A stretch of DNA of 64,000 bases from Deltaproteobacteria bacterium. Lineage in GTDB: Bacteria > Bdellovibrionota_B > Oligoflexia > Oligoflexales > Bog-1112. Position numbers and translations under genes: made by a program. The stretch's first letter is position 1. Every line of letters begins with the position of its first letter. The DNA lies in contig CANJLI010000005.1 in NCBI GenBank assembly GCA_947475005.1, positions 5,858 to 69,857 on the forward strand, read 5' to 3'. The notes beneath the pieces were generated by a model. The model had not been told where the DNA came from, ran no database searches, and worked only from the letters and a program-made list of their open reading frames with translations. Shown in pieces: positions 38,627-47,731 of the stretch.

Positions 38627-39124
38627 TTCTACTCCCTGATATTTTTCTACTCATTTATTGGGCAACAATTTTTTGGACATAAAAAACCTTGGGCTCTAAC
38701 CACAACTAAATGTCATTGCCAGAGCCCAAATCTGCTCTTTTTTTACAATCGTCACTCTTGTGCCATCATCTCTTTATTATGAAATATTGTCAAATTTAGA
38801 TACAATTTGGAAAATAATTTCGATGGACACTATTCTTCAAATCGCTTGTTAGATTTTAAATCCACAAAAAAAATGCAAAAAATCTCGTATAAAAAGGATG
38901 TTAATAGAAATTAAGTTTCACAAAGAGTCTATTGACCCTAGCTCAAAAAACGATGTAAAATATGAAGCAACACTTTTAAAAATCACTTCATTTGGTAAAA
39001 AAAAAGCTATTAGCTATTAATAAAGAGAAATTTATGGGGCTCTATAGTGTATCTTGAAGATTTGATTGGTTAAAAATTATCCAATTTCGAAAACAAGAGT
39101 TATTTTATATTCAAGGGGGGCCCT

Positions 39125-40039
39125 ATGAGGCTTTATTCTATTCTCTTATTTGCTCTAGGTATTTCCTCCTGTAGAATTACCTCTGAGGACAGAGGAAATG
39201 AAATGTCCTCTATTATTTCTGATGTGGGAATCCCCAAAAAAATTCATCAGGTATGGATAGGACAAGACAAAGAACCGGATTATAATCAGTATTATAAGGA
39301 GTCTATGTCTAAACATGCTCCAAATCATGAGTATAAACTTTGGACCAATAAAGATCTGACGCGAGAAAATTTTCCCATTGTGTACGACTATATACTGCAA
39401 GCAAGCGAAGCAGGTAAAAGAAAATATGGCGTAGACCCAAAAATGTGGAATGGGACACCTACAAGAAAATTAGCTCAAATTTCTGATCTGATGCGTCTTG
39501 AAATTATCTATCATCATGGAGGATTTTACTTTGATGTTAAAACAGAACTTTTAAAATCAATTGACCATTTAAGTACTCCAAATATTTCATTTGTTGTCGC
39601 CAATGAAGACCCTTGTGGACTTACATGTAAGAGTGGAAATAAACTATACCTCTCTAACTCGATCTTCGCTTCAGCTCCTAATAGTAAGATTCTTCAACGC
39701 TTGCTGAAGAAAGACCGGTTAGAACAAATTAAATTCGATCGAGACGAAGTCAATGAAGAAACTGGGCCTTTTTATTTTCGTTCTGGTATTCTTAATGCAA
39801 ATGAAGTGCATCTATTAAAAACAGATGAGGCCTTCCCATACATTTCTTGGACCTCTCCTTATCAAAAAGCAGGAGTTGATAGATGCCTTTCAAAAGAACG
39901 TGATTCACTTAAAACAAGCGATGATCACGTTAAGACAATAATTATAAAAAATGAGACTGTGTACTTAGAATACCCTTGTGAAAAATATCCTACCAGCCTC
40001 TTAGTCATGCATTGGAATTTGGGAGGAACCTGGAAGTAA
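39125..40039 (+). CDS. GT32-type (Gly_transf_sug/OCH1-like) glycosyltransferase
   Basis: IPKKIHQVWIG...EYKLWTN...ISDLMRLEIIYHHGGFYFDVK matches the family signature. Lipobox GISSC. Confidence 0.75.
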   Translation: MRLYSILLFALGISSCRITSEDRGNEMSSIISDVGIPKKIHQVWIGQDKEPDYNQYYKESMSKHAPNHEYKLWTNKDLTRENFPIVYDYILQASEAGKRKYGVDPKMWNGTPTRKLAQISDLMRLEIIYHHGGFYFDVKTELLKSIDHLSTPNISFVVANEDPCGLTCKSGNKLYLSNSIFASAPNSKILQRLLKKDRLEQIKFDRDEVNEETGPFYFRSGILNANEVHLLKTDEAFPYISWTSPYQKAGVDRCLSKERDSLKTSDDHVKTIIIKNETVYLEYPCEKYPTSLLVMHWNLGGTWK

Positions 40040-40101
40040 TCTTTTCTACCTCAATTTTTAGAAATTAAGGCTTATCTGCATCAGATTTTTTAGAGGAAAA
40101 A

Positions 40102-41322
40102 ATGAGACTTCAATTCATCTGTCCTTTTCTTTTTTGCATAATTGCTTGCGCTCAAATTAGAAATGAAAATGAGCCTTTTCAGTTTTCCCCTCTTCGTTCT
40201 TTGGCTGAATTCCCGACAATGCGAATTTTTCCAGAAGATGAAAACATAAAAAATTCGGATTCAGAAAAATTCAATACTCAGTTTAAAAAATATTTTCGAG
40301 TCATTGATCAGAGCGACTCTTCTGAAGAAATTGTAGATATTAATTTGTTTATGGGAACCGTCCATTCAAACCAATTAAAAAATGGAGTTGAAAATTGGAT
40401 TTTCCTTGACCCAACTGCACAAATAGATGCATCTTCATTAAAAGATATTGATACCGTAATCAGCAAAAATGCTGAGTTTACATTGCTTATTCCATATACA
40501 AAAAATAAGAAAAAAGAATTTTTTCATGTCGCTGAATTAGATGGTGAAAATTTCTCTACCCAAATAAGAGTGGTTTATGACAGCTATGTAGAAAGACGAC
40601 CAATATCTATTTCTAAATCATTCTATATAAATTTAGATCGATCTACCGATAGAAAAAAATTTATGGAGAAGCAGAATCAAGAATACGGACTCAACCTAAC
40701 CAGATTTCCTGCTGTAGATGGATCCGTTTTTAAAAATCAGTACATCGTCCAGCCGGAAACATCAATTTTACAAAAGCTTACCTATGGTCAAGATGAATTT
40801 TTATATAATTATAGAAAAGACCATTACGGAAAAGGGATGACTTTTGGTGAGATCGGAAATTTTTTAAGTCTTTTTTATATTATGAAAACCATAGTGGAAG
40901 ATAATTATCCAATCACATTAATTCTTGAAGATGACGCCAAAATTCCCAAAAATTTTAATGCTAAAATAGGAAATTATCTTAAGAAAGCACCGAAAAATTG
41001 GGACATCATATATCTTTATTGCAATTCTCATGAATCTTTTGGTTGTAACTATAGATTTAAAAAAACAAGAGATGGATTATTTAGCACCCTTAGCGGAGGA
41101 AGTTGCGTAGCCGGTATGGTAGCGGCTGTTCTTAGCCAAAAGGGTGCTAGAAAAATACACAGACAATTACTTTTACCGATCTCCCGCCCCGTCGATATGC
41201 TGATTGGAAACCAATTTATGCCACAAAAGTTGGATGAATTTTCCGCTTTTTGCACAACGCCAGAACTTGTGACTACCGGCGATTTAGGTTCTGAAATCAA
41301 AGGAATGGGGAGAGAGCATTAA
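40102..41322 (+). CDS. Two-domain protein: unknown N-terminal ~170 aa plus a GT25 glycosyltransferase domain
   Basis: FYINLDRSTDRKKFMEKQNQEYGLNLTRFPAVDG, GEIGNFLS, LILEDD. Lipobox IIAC. Confidence 0.75.
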   Translation: MRLQFICPFLFCIIACAQIRNENEPFQFSPLRSLAEFPTMRIFPEDENIKNSDSEKFNTQFKKYFRVIDQSDSSEEIVDINLFMGTVHSNQLKNGVENWIFLDPTAQIDASSLKDIDTVISKNAEFTLLIPYTKNKKKEFFHVAELDGENFSTQIRVVYDSYVERRPISISKSFYINLDRSTDRKKFMEKQNQEYGLNLTRFPAVDGSVFKNQYIVQPETSILQKLTYGQDEFLYNYRKDHYGKGMTFGEIGNFLSLFYIMKTIVEDNYPITLILEDDAKIPKNFNAKIGNYLKKAPKNWDIIYLYCNSHESFGCNYRFKKTRDGLFSTLSGGSCVAGMVAAVLSQKGARKIHRQLLLPISRPVDMLIGNQFMPQKLDEFSAFCTTPELVTTGDLGSEIKGMGREH

Positions 41323-41334
41323 TTTTAAATAGAA

Positions 41335-42597
41335 ATGGAGTTGACAATGGAATCTATCTTAAAATTAACACTGTTTTCTCTTGTCTTTTACTTTACCCTT
41401 CAATCTTGTTCGTCAATTAAAATTAAAAATGATGACAGTGACATGAGGAATAAAACAAAGATTAATGGAAAATTAGTTGAAGTTAATTTTGGAAACCGTC
41501 TATGCAAACACCCCGATTTTAAGGATTCACGAATCCCTGAGTTACAGGCAACTCACACTATAGAAAGGTTGAATGATCCAATCTTCAAAGCTGCCATACA
41601 ATATGAAATCCCTCTTATAAAATTTCAATATAACTCATCCATTGTTCGCATTGATGATTCTGGTTATTTGATGACAGTAAGATTTGATTGCACAAACCGG
41701 TCTAATCAAAATACGCAAAGCTACACCCTGGTCCATGAACTCAATAATGAGCTCACACCTGTGTCCGACTTGCAGTTTTTAAAAATACCTTCATTTCTAG
41801 ATGCAAAAATAGAAAATGGTATCGCCGAAGATATGAGACTGTTTAAAATTAAAGATCAAATATATGGAACAATAGGTGATAATCTAGACGGAAGAAATTA
41901 TTATTTTCCTGATAGACGAATACACCTTCTTAAAATTTCTACAGAAATGGGGGAATGGAAAGCAAAATCAATTGAATTTTTTTCTTCCCCGAAAGACTCC
42001 CCTATAAAAGGACCCGAGAAAAATTGGGCCCCTATCCCTATTTTTACCAGCTCCGACTCAGAATCACCACTTCTCGTCTATGCGCTAGATCCCCAATATA
42101 TGCTTGCTAAAGCCACTCCGAATAAAACAATACAGGGAGAAAGAGAGATTGAAATAGTCAAACCCTGTAACAGGACACTCCCCTGGGATCGCGCTCAATA
42201 CGGAAAACTTCGGGGCGGTACCCCATTGATTTGGTTAAATGAGCTGCAAGGATATTTAGGTTTTTTTCATACGGCAAAGCATCTGGAAAATGAAAGAGGC
42301 AATATATACTACATGGGAGCCTATGTAGTGAATGGTACAACTAAGTGTGTATCTCATATTTCTCCCGCTCCTTTACAGTACACTGGCATGTATGATGCAA
42401 AAGAAGAAGAAAAAGGGTTTTGGATTCATAATGCGGGGCCAGATACTGAAGTGATATTTCCAACTGGGGTCGAAATTTCTGTTTGGGAGGGGCAGCAGGT
42501 AATTATTGTATCAGCAGGAATCAATGATTACAGAGTAAAAAATTTTATCCTAGACAGACAAGCTCTAACTGAAAGTTTGTCGAAAATAACGCCATAG
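41335..42597 (+). CDS. Lipobox-bearing hypothetical protein; possibly a GH130/GT108-like beta-propeller (weak)
   Basis: 420-aa ORF with N-terminus FYFTLQSC. The short motifs AEDMRLF and PEKNWAPIP recall DUF377/GH130-type enzymes, but nothing more supports this. Confidence 0.5.
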   Translation: MELTMESILKLTLFSLVFYFTLQSCSSIKIKNDDSDMRNKTKINGKLVEVNFGNRLCKHPDFKDSRIPELQATHTIERLNDPIFKAAIQYEIPLIKFQYNSSIVRIDDSGYLMTVRFDCTNRSNQNTQSYTLVHELNNELTPVSDLQFLKIPSFLDAKIENGIAEDMRLFKIKDQIYGTIGDNLDGRNYYFPDRRIHLLKISTEMGEWKAKSIEFFSSPKDSPIKGPEKNWAPIPIFTSSDSESPLLVYALDPQYMLAKATPNKTIQGEREIEIVKPCNRTLPWDRAQYGKLRGGTPLIWLNELQGYLGFFHTAKHLENERGNIYYMGAYVVNGTTKCVSHISPAPLQYTGMYDAKEEEKGFWIHNAGPDTEVIFPTGVEISVWEGQQVIIVSAGINDYRVKNFILDRQALTESLSKITP

Positions 42598-42623
42598 AAA
42601 ATCGTTGAAAACAGTTACAACTG

Positions 42624-43826
42624 TCAGCCTACACTCCAGCTGAAGGCTCTATGCAACCTCTCTCTACTCTCCTCCCCAGACTCAGGTTTGACCCCGATCT
42701 GAATCACCCCGTGTTGAATCTCTAGCAACAACAAAGCTTCTCCCAACAATATAGTAATTGTCTCCAAGAGGGTATGACTTTGAGAAAATCCGGTTCCTAC
42801 AATAGAGAAAAGGTGAATGGACAACTTTCTCTTGCACTCCACCTTTTTACACTGAATGGTAAGAAATTCCATATATGCACTAGCATGTGCCAGCTCTAAA
42901 CTCAGTTGAAGCTCAATCTGATCATCTATGCGTCGTAAGCTCCACAACTGTGGTATATCCCCTCGACTGCAGAGCCACTCATAGATCGGTTGAATTGCTC
43001 CACAACCTGTGAGCATAAGATCGAGATACACCAAGTCTTTCTTGTCCGTAAGCGCAACAAAGTGGGGCGTTTCCATGGGGCGGGTATGTCCTTCAATAAC
43101 AGTACCAGGTTGGCTGGGAGCCAAGCTGGAATGGATGTGAATGGGGATCTCGTATTTACAAGCTAAATTTGCAGCACGATCATGGAGCACCTGAGCTCCG
43201 GATCCACTGAGTATACAAGCAGACTCCCAGCTCAAGTGAGGCAGGCGCCGGGCGCTGGAGATTGCACGAGGGTCTGCGGTATAGATACCTTCTACATCTT
43301 TATAAATTTCACATCGATCTGCCCGTAGGGTAGCAGCCAAGGCGACGGCAGTAAGATCAGACCCACCTCGACCCAAGGTTGTCACCTCTTTCGTCTGGGG
43401 ATCTACCCCTTGAAAACCCGCGATGACCACAATTTGATACGCCTCCAAACTCTTGCGCAACCGATCCCCTAAAATTCGATGAATTTTGGCATTGCCATGA
43501 GTGGAGTCGGTAAGGATTCCAATTTGGGAGCCTGTGAAAGAGATCGCATGAAGCCCTTCTTTTTCCAACGCCATGGCCAAGAGGGCTGCAGTCATCCGCT
43601 CCCCTGCGGTCAGCAGCATATCCATCTCTCGTTGAGGGGGATTCGGATGCACATCGGCAGCCAATGCGACCCATTCATCGGTAAAACTACCCATGGCACT
43701 CACCACCACAACCGCTTGGGTGGGGGGGCGTATAGTAGAACGAATATAATGAGCGACCTGTTGGATACGCTCTACAGTGGCAAGGGAAGTACCGCCGTAT
43801 TTTTGGATCACAAGAGCGGGGGGCAC
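42624..43826 (-). CDS. lysC: Aspartate kinase
   Basis: VIQKYGGTSL, VVVVSAMG..TD, GRGGSD and C-terminal ACT-like region. Confidence 0.9.
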   Translation of the reverse strand: MPPALVIQKYGGTSLATVERIQQVAHYIRSTIRPPTQAVVVVSAMGSFTDEWVALAADVHPNPPQREMDMLLTAGERMTAALLAMALEKEGLHAISFTGSQIGILTDSTHGNAKIHRILGDRLRKSLEAYQIVVIAGFQGVDPQTKEVTTLGRGGSDLTAVALAATLRADRCEIYKDVEGIYTADPRAISSARRLPHLSWESACILSGSGAQVLHDRAANLACKYEIPIHIHSSLAPSQPGTVIEGHTRPMETPHFVALTDKKDLVYLDLMLTGCGAIQPIYEWLCSRGDIPQLWSLRRIDDQIELQLSLELAHASAYMEFLTIQCKKVECKRKLSIHLFSIVGTGFSQSHTLLETITILLGEALLLLEIQHGVIQIGVKPESGEESRERLHRAFSWSVG

Positions 43827-43951
43827 GATGTGATTCTCCTGAATGGGGGTGTACCTCGCAAAGGCCTATCCTACAAAATACAGGATGGGTATGATGAAGG
43901 CGATAAGAGAGTTCAGTATGAGGGAATTTTTAGAAAAAAGAAAGGGCGCCT

Positions 43952-44734
43952 GTGAGTTTTTCCTTGCGAGTTCGGGTGTTGGGATGTGGAACCTCTACGG
44001 GGGTGCCGATTATTGGGTGCAGCTGCCGGGTATGCCAAAGCGCAGACTCCAAAAATCATCGATTGCGCTCTTCCATTTTAATTGAAATCTCAAATCCTTC
44101 GCTCCAGCTCGTCGTGGATACCACTCCAGAATTTCGAGTACAGATGTTACGAGAACGAGTGACACATCTAGATGGCGTATTAATGACCCACACTCATGCG
44201 GACCATTGCCATGGGTTTGATGACTTGCGAGCGTTTTACTTTTGGAACCATCGTGCCATTCCCGTCTGGATGGCCCATGCCCATGTGCAAGATTTTCAAA
44301 AGCGGTTTCCCTACCTCTTCCAAAAAACCGGCTATTTGGGTACCGTAGCTTTGATCTCTCTTCACACCCTATCTCAAGGGGCATTTCAGATAGAAGGCGT
44401 GCCCATTGAACATACCGAACTGCCTCATGGGTCGACCGTATCGACCGCTTACCGAATCGGTTCTTTCGCCTATGCCACGGATTTTCAATTTTTTCCAGAT
44501 GCTGTAATCGAAGCTTGGAAAGGCAAGATTCACACCATGGTGGCCAGTGGCCTGCGATTCCAGCCTCACCCCACCCACTCGAGCATCCCCGAAACCATCG
44601 AGCTCTTTCGACGATTAGGGGTTAAGCGAGGGATCCTCACCCATTTGACCCACGATGTAGAATATGTCAGAGATTCTATCGGGTTGCCCGCTGGCGTCGA
44701 ATTGGCCTACGATGGGATGACAATAGACCTCTAA
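43952..44734 (+). CDS. MBL-fold metallo-hydrolase (PhnP-like)
   Basis: THTHADHCHG motif and N-terminal Cys cluster CSCRVC. Confidence 0.8.
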   Translation: MSFSLRVRVLGCGTSTGVPIIGCSCRVCQSADSKNHRLRSSILIEISNPSLQLVVDTTPEFRVQMLRERVTHLDGVLMTHTHADHCHGFDDLRAFYFWNHRAIPVWMAHAHVQDFQKRFPYLFQKTGYLGTVALISLHTLSQGAFQIEGVPIEHTELPHGSTVSTAYRIGSFAYATDFQFFPDAVIEAWKGKIHTMVASGLRFQPHPTHSSIPETIELFRRLGVKRGILTHLTHDVEYVRDSIGLPAGVELAYDGMTIDL

Positions 44735-44778
44735 GAACACGACACATCTATGTCACATCGACCAACGCGGGGGAATTT

Positions 44779-45885
44779 ATGATCATCGGAGTGCCGAAAG
44801 AAATTAAGGTACGAGAAAATCGAGTAGGCATCGTACCAGGAGGCGTCAAAGTGCTGACCTCTCAAGGACATCGGGTTCTCATTGAAAAAAATGCAGGCGT
44901 AGGCGCTGGCATTTCAGATGGGATGTATCAAGAGGCAGGGGGCACCATCCTGAATGATGTAGAAGAGCTCTGGGGCAGCGCAGAGATGATCATGAAGGTG
45001 AAGGAGCCCATCGAGGCTGAATACGCGCGTATGCAGCCCAATCAAATTTTATACGCATATCTCCACCTCGCAGCAGGACCCCAGTTGACAGAGGCATTGC
45101 TGCAGCGCCGCGTGCGAGCCATCTCCTACGACACCGTACAACTAGCGGATGGTTCCCTTCCTTTACTGAGACCGATGAGTGAAGTGGCAGGTCGTATGGC
45201 TGTACAGGTCGGGGCTCATTGCTTACAAAAAAACCACGGAGGAAAAGGAATCTTGCTAGGAGGCGTTCCCGGGGTGAAGCGGGGCCGCGTAGGAATCTTG
45301 GGTGGTGGTGCGGCTGGAGCCAATGCTGCCAAGATGGCCATTGGTTTGGGGGCAGAAGTTACGATCATTGATGTTAACCAATCCCGCCTTTTGTACCTCG
45401 ATGAGATTTTTGGCAACCAAGTTACAACGCTCATGTCACGCCCAGACAACATTGCCCACGTGGTACAACAGTCAGATCTCGTAATCGGTGCCGTATTGGT
45501 GCCAGGTGCAAAGGCGCCACGCTTGGTAACACGAGACATGGTAGCAAGCATGGAGCCTGGCTCTGTGATTGTGGATGTGGCCATTGATCAAGGTGGCTGT
45601 GTGGAAACCATCCATCCCACGACCCACGATGATCCCACTTACTTATGTGAAGGGGTGAATCATTACGGCGTTACTAACATGCCTGGGGATGTGCCTCGCA
45701 CCAGTGCATACGCACTCACCAATGTGACGCTCTCCTACGCCTGTGAGTTGGCGAACAAAGGGTTTGACCGCGCACTCCGAGAATCCGCACCTTTGCGCCT
45801 GGGGCTCAACACGTGGGAAGGGAAAATGACCCATGAGGTGGTGGCACAAGCCTTGGGGCTGCGCTATGTGGCGTACGCTACCTAG
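44779..45885 (+). CDS. ald: Alanine dehydrogenase
   Basis: MIIGVPKEIKVRENRVGIVPGG and NAD fold GILGGGAAGANAA. Confidence 0.9.
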   Translation: MIIGVPKEIKVRENRVGIVPGGVKVLTSQGHRVLIEKNAGVGAGISDGMYQEAGGTILNDVEELWGSAEMIMKVKEPIEAEYARMQPNQILYAYLHLAAGPQLTEALLQRRVRAISYDTVQLADGSLPLLRPMSEVAGRMAVQVGAHCLQKNHGGKGILLGGVPGVKRGRVGILGGGAAGANAAKMAIGLGAEVTIIDVNQSRLLYLDEIFGNQVTTLMSRPDNIAHVVQQSDLVIGAVLVPGAKAPRLVTRDMVASMEPGSVIVDVAIDQGGCVETIHPTTHDDPTYLCEGVNHYGVTNMPGDVPRTSAYALTNVTLSYACELANKGFDRALRESAPLRLGLNTWEGKMTHEVVAQALGLRYVAYAT

Positions 45886-45916
45886 TTTTTTGGTAAGCAA
45901 GTGGATACCAATTCTG

Positions 45917-45982
45917 TGGGGACATCCGTTGGAGTGTCTCCGTTACCGCACCGCATCGGGGACACTCCAACGGGGTGCCCCC
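45917..45982. repeat. Two copies of the short GGGGACA...GTGTC/GCCCC palindrome
   Basis: ggggacatccgttggagtgtctcc (45917-45941) and ggggacactccaacggggtgccccc (45957-45982). Confidence 0.7.
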
Positions 45983-46068
45983 AAAAACACATTGCTGCCA
46001 CAAGTTTTTGAGTTATAATAAGTTATAACTTGTTAAATAATAACCCCCTGGGGGGGAGGGATGTGCAA

Positions 46069-46308
46069 ATGCTTGCTCAGAAATTGAAAATTCGCAAAAT
46101 TGGAAACAGCCAAGGTGTTATTCTTCCTAGTTATTTGGTGGAAGCCTTAAAACTTGATACTGGCAGTGAGATCGAAGCTTGGATTTATGATGGGGTTCTC
46201 ATTCTTTGTCCGCCAGCACCAACTCTTCAACAACTCGTTAATTCGGTTCCAAAAGGAGAATCTTTTATTGAAAGCAAAACCGGTAAAGCCGAAGGAAATG
46301 AAGTATGA
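46069..46308 (+). CDS. mazE: MazE/AbrB-fold antitoxin (start trimmed to ATG 46069)
   Basis: KIRKIGNSQGVILPSYLVEALKL is the SpoVT/AbrB swapped-hairpin signature. Overlaps mazF by 4 nt. Confidence 0.8.
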   Translation: MLAQKLKIRKIGNSQGVILPSYLVEALKLDTGSEIEAWIYDGVLILCPPAPTLQQLVNSVPKGESFIESKTGKAEGNEV

Positions 46309-46631
46309 AGATCATACCGAAAAGGGGTGACATCATCATGATGAATTTTGATCCACAAGCAGGCTCAGAACATCTGAAACGACGACCGGCACTCGTTATT
46401 TCAGATGTTTTATTTAATGATCTTGGTCTTGCCGTCGTCTGTCCCATCACTTCAAGCGCTCCAAGGCATGGTTTTCATATTCCTTTAGAAAAAAATATGG
46501 AAACCAAAGGCTGTGTGATGACTGAGCAAATTAAGAGCCTTGATTTTCTTGCAAGAAAAGCTCAGTACATTGAGACAGCACCTCTCGTGTTACTTCACCG
46601 AGTTCGAAGTGTTATTAGTCAATTTCTTTAA
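46305..46631 (+). CDS. mazF: MazF/PemK-family endoribonuclease toxin
   Basis: PKRGDIIMMNFDPQAGSEHLKRRPALVIS ... VVCPITS ... QIKSLDF. Confidence 0.85.
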   Translation: MKIIPKRGDIIMMNFDPQAGSEHLKRRPALVISDVLFNDLGLAVVCPITSSAPRHGFHIPLEKNMETKGCVMTEQIKSLDFLARKAQYIETAPLVLLHRVRSVISQFL

Positions 46632-47571
46632 TAGCCTGGCAAGCAGCCCTAAACTCCTGTCGAATGCGAAGCACCAAATCAGCAGTGAAAGGCAAATCAC
46701 GCACCAGCGCTGCCACCTGCCCAATCTCGAGCTCACCCTCCTCCCAGTTCCCCTCCAGCATCCCCTCTTTTGCTCGCCCTTTGCCCAGCAGAGCCGTGAG
46801 CTCTTCTGCACTACCCCCTCGCTCTTCGATCGCATGCACCTTCTCGTAAAATGGATTGCACAACAACCGCACAGGAACCAGCTTCTTCATGCACAGCTTC
46901 GTGCCATAGCGAGAGGCCTCCAGCACAGCCGCCTTGAAATTGGGATGCGCACTGGACTCTTGCGTCGCCACAAACCGGGTCCCCATCTGCACCCCTTCGG
47001 CCCCCAGGGCAAAGGCAGCCGCCATACTGGCCCCCGTGGAAAATCCCCCCGCTGCCAGCACGGGAATCTGCACAGCCTCGCGTACCTGGGGGATCAACAC
47101 GAGGCTTGTGAGCTCCTCCCTCCCATTGTGCCCCCCAGCTTCAAACCCTTCTGCAATGACAGCATCCACACCCGCATCCTCGCATTTCTTTGCAAGAAGA
47201 GGCGATGACACCACATGCAGCACCGTACAGCCCTCCTTCTTTAGAAAGGTCGTGTAGGTACGGGGACTGCCTGCGGAGGTGATGAAGATCCGAATCCCCA
47301 AGCGCAAAGCCAGCTGGATCTGCTCTTCCGTATGGCGATAGAGAAGTGGCACGTTTACAGCAAGAGGACGGGAGGTCTGAGCCAAGGCCTTTTGGATATG
47401 AGCCTCCAGCAACTCCAGCCTCATGGAACCTGCCCCAATCACACCCAAAATCCCACTGTTGGCCGCTGCAACTGCAAGCTTATGGCCCGAAACCCACACC
47501 ATACCCGCTTGGATCAGGGGAAACTCAATTTGAAGCAGGGCGCATACTCGATTGGAAGTGGCAAGGGTCAT
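46615..47571 (-). CDS. Nitronate monooxygenase / FabK-like FMN oxidoreductase
   Basis: TIM-barrel NMO pattern IQAGMVWVS, AEGFEAGGHNG, AAGGF..G. Confidence 0.8.
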   Translation of the reverse strand: MTLATSNRVCALLQIEFPLIQAGMVWVSGHKLAVAAANSGILGVIGAGSMRLELLEAHIQKALAQTSRPLAVNVPLLYRHTEEQIQLALRLGIRIFITSAGSPRTYTTFLKKEGCTVLHVVSSPLLAKKCEDAGVDAVIAEGFEAGGHNGREELTSLVLIPQVREAVQIPVLAAGGFSTGASMAAAFALGAEGVQMGTRFVATQESSAHPNFKAAVLEASRYGTKLCMKKLVPVRLLCNPFYEKVHAIEERGGSAEELTALLGKGRAKEGMLEGNWEEGELEIGQVAALVRDLPFTADLVLRIRQEFRAACQAIKEID

Positions 47572-47731
47572 AGCAGAAAGCTTTCTTTTTAAGGGTTCAA
47601 TGGCCTAGATAATACCCATTGATTTTAGCTGAATGGCCGTTTGTCTTTGTTCACAACTGCACTTTATGGTACAGCTCGGCACTTTCTATTTTCCGTATAT
47701 TTATCCAGGCTGACAAGAACAAGGGGATGTC

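Noticed and set aside
46540-47208. 222-aa plus-strand ORF overlapping mazF and the NMO gene
   Set aside because: It is antisense to the well-supported nitronate monooxygenase frame, with a Pro/Leu/His-rich composition and no start context.
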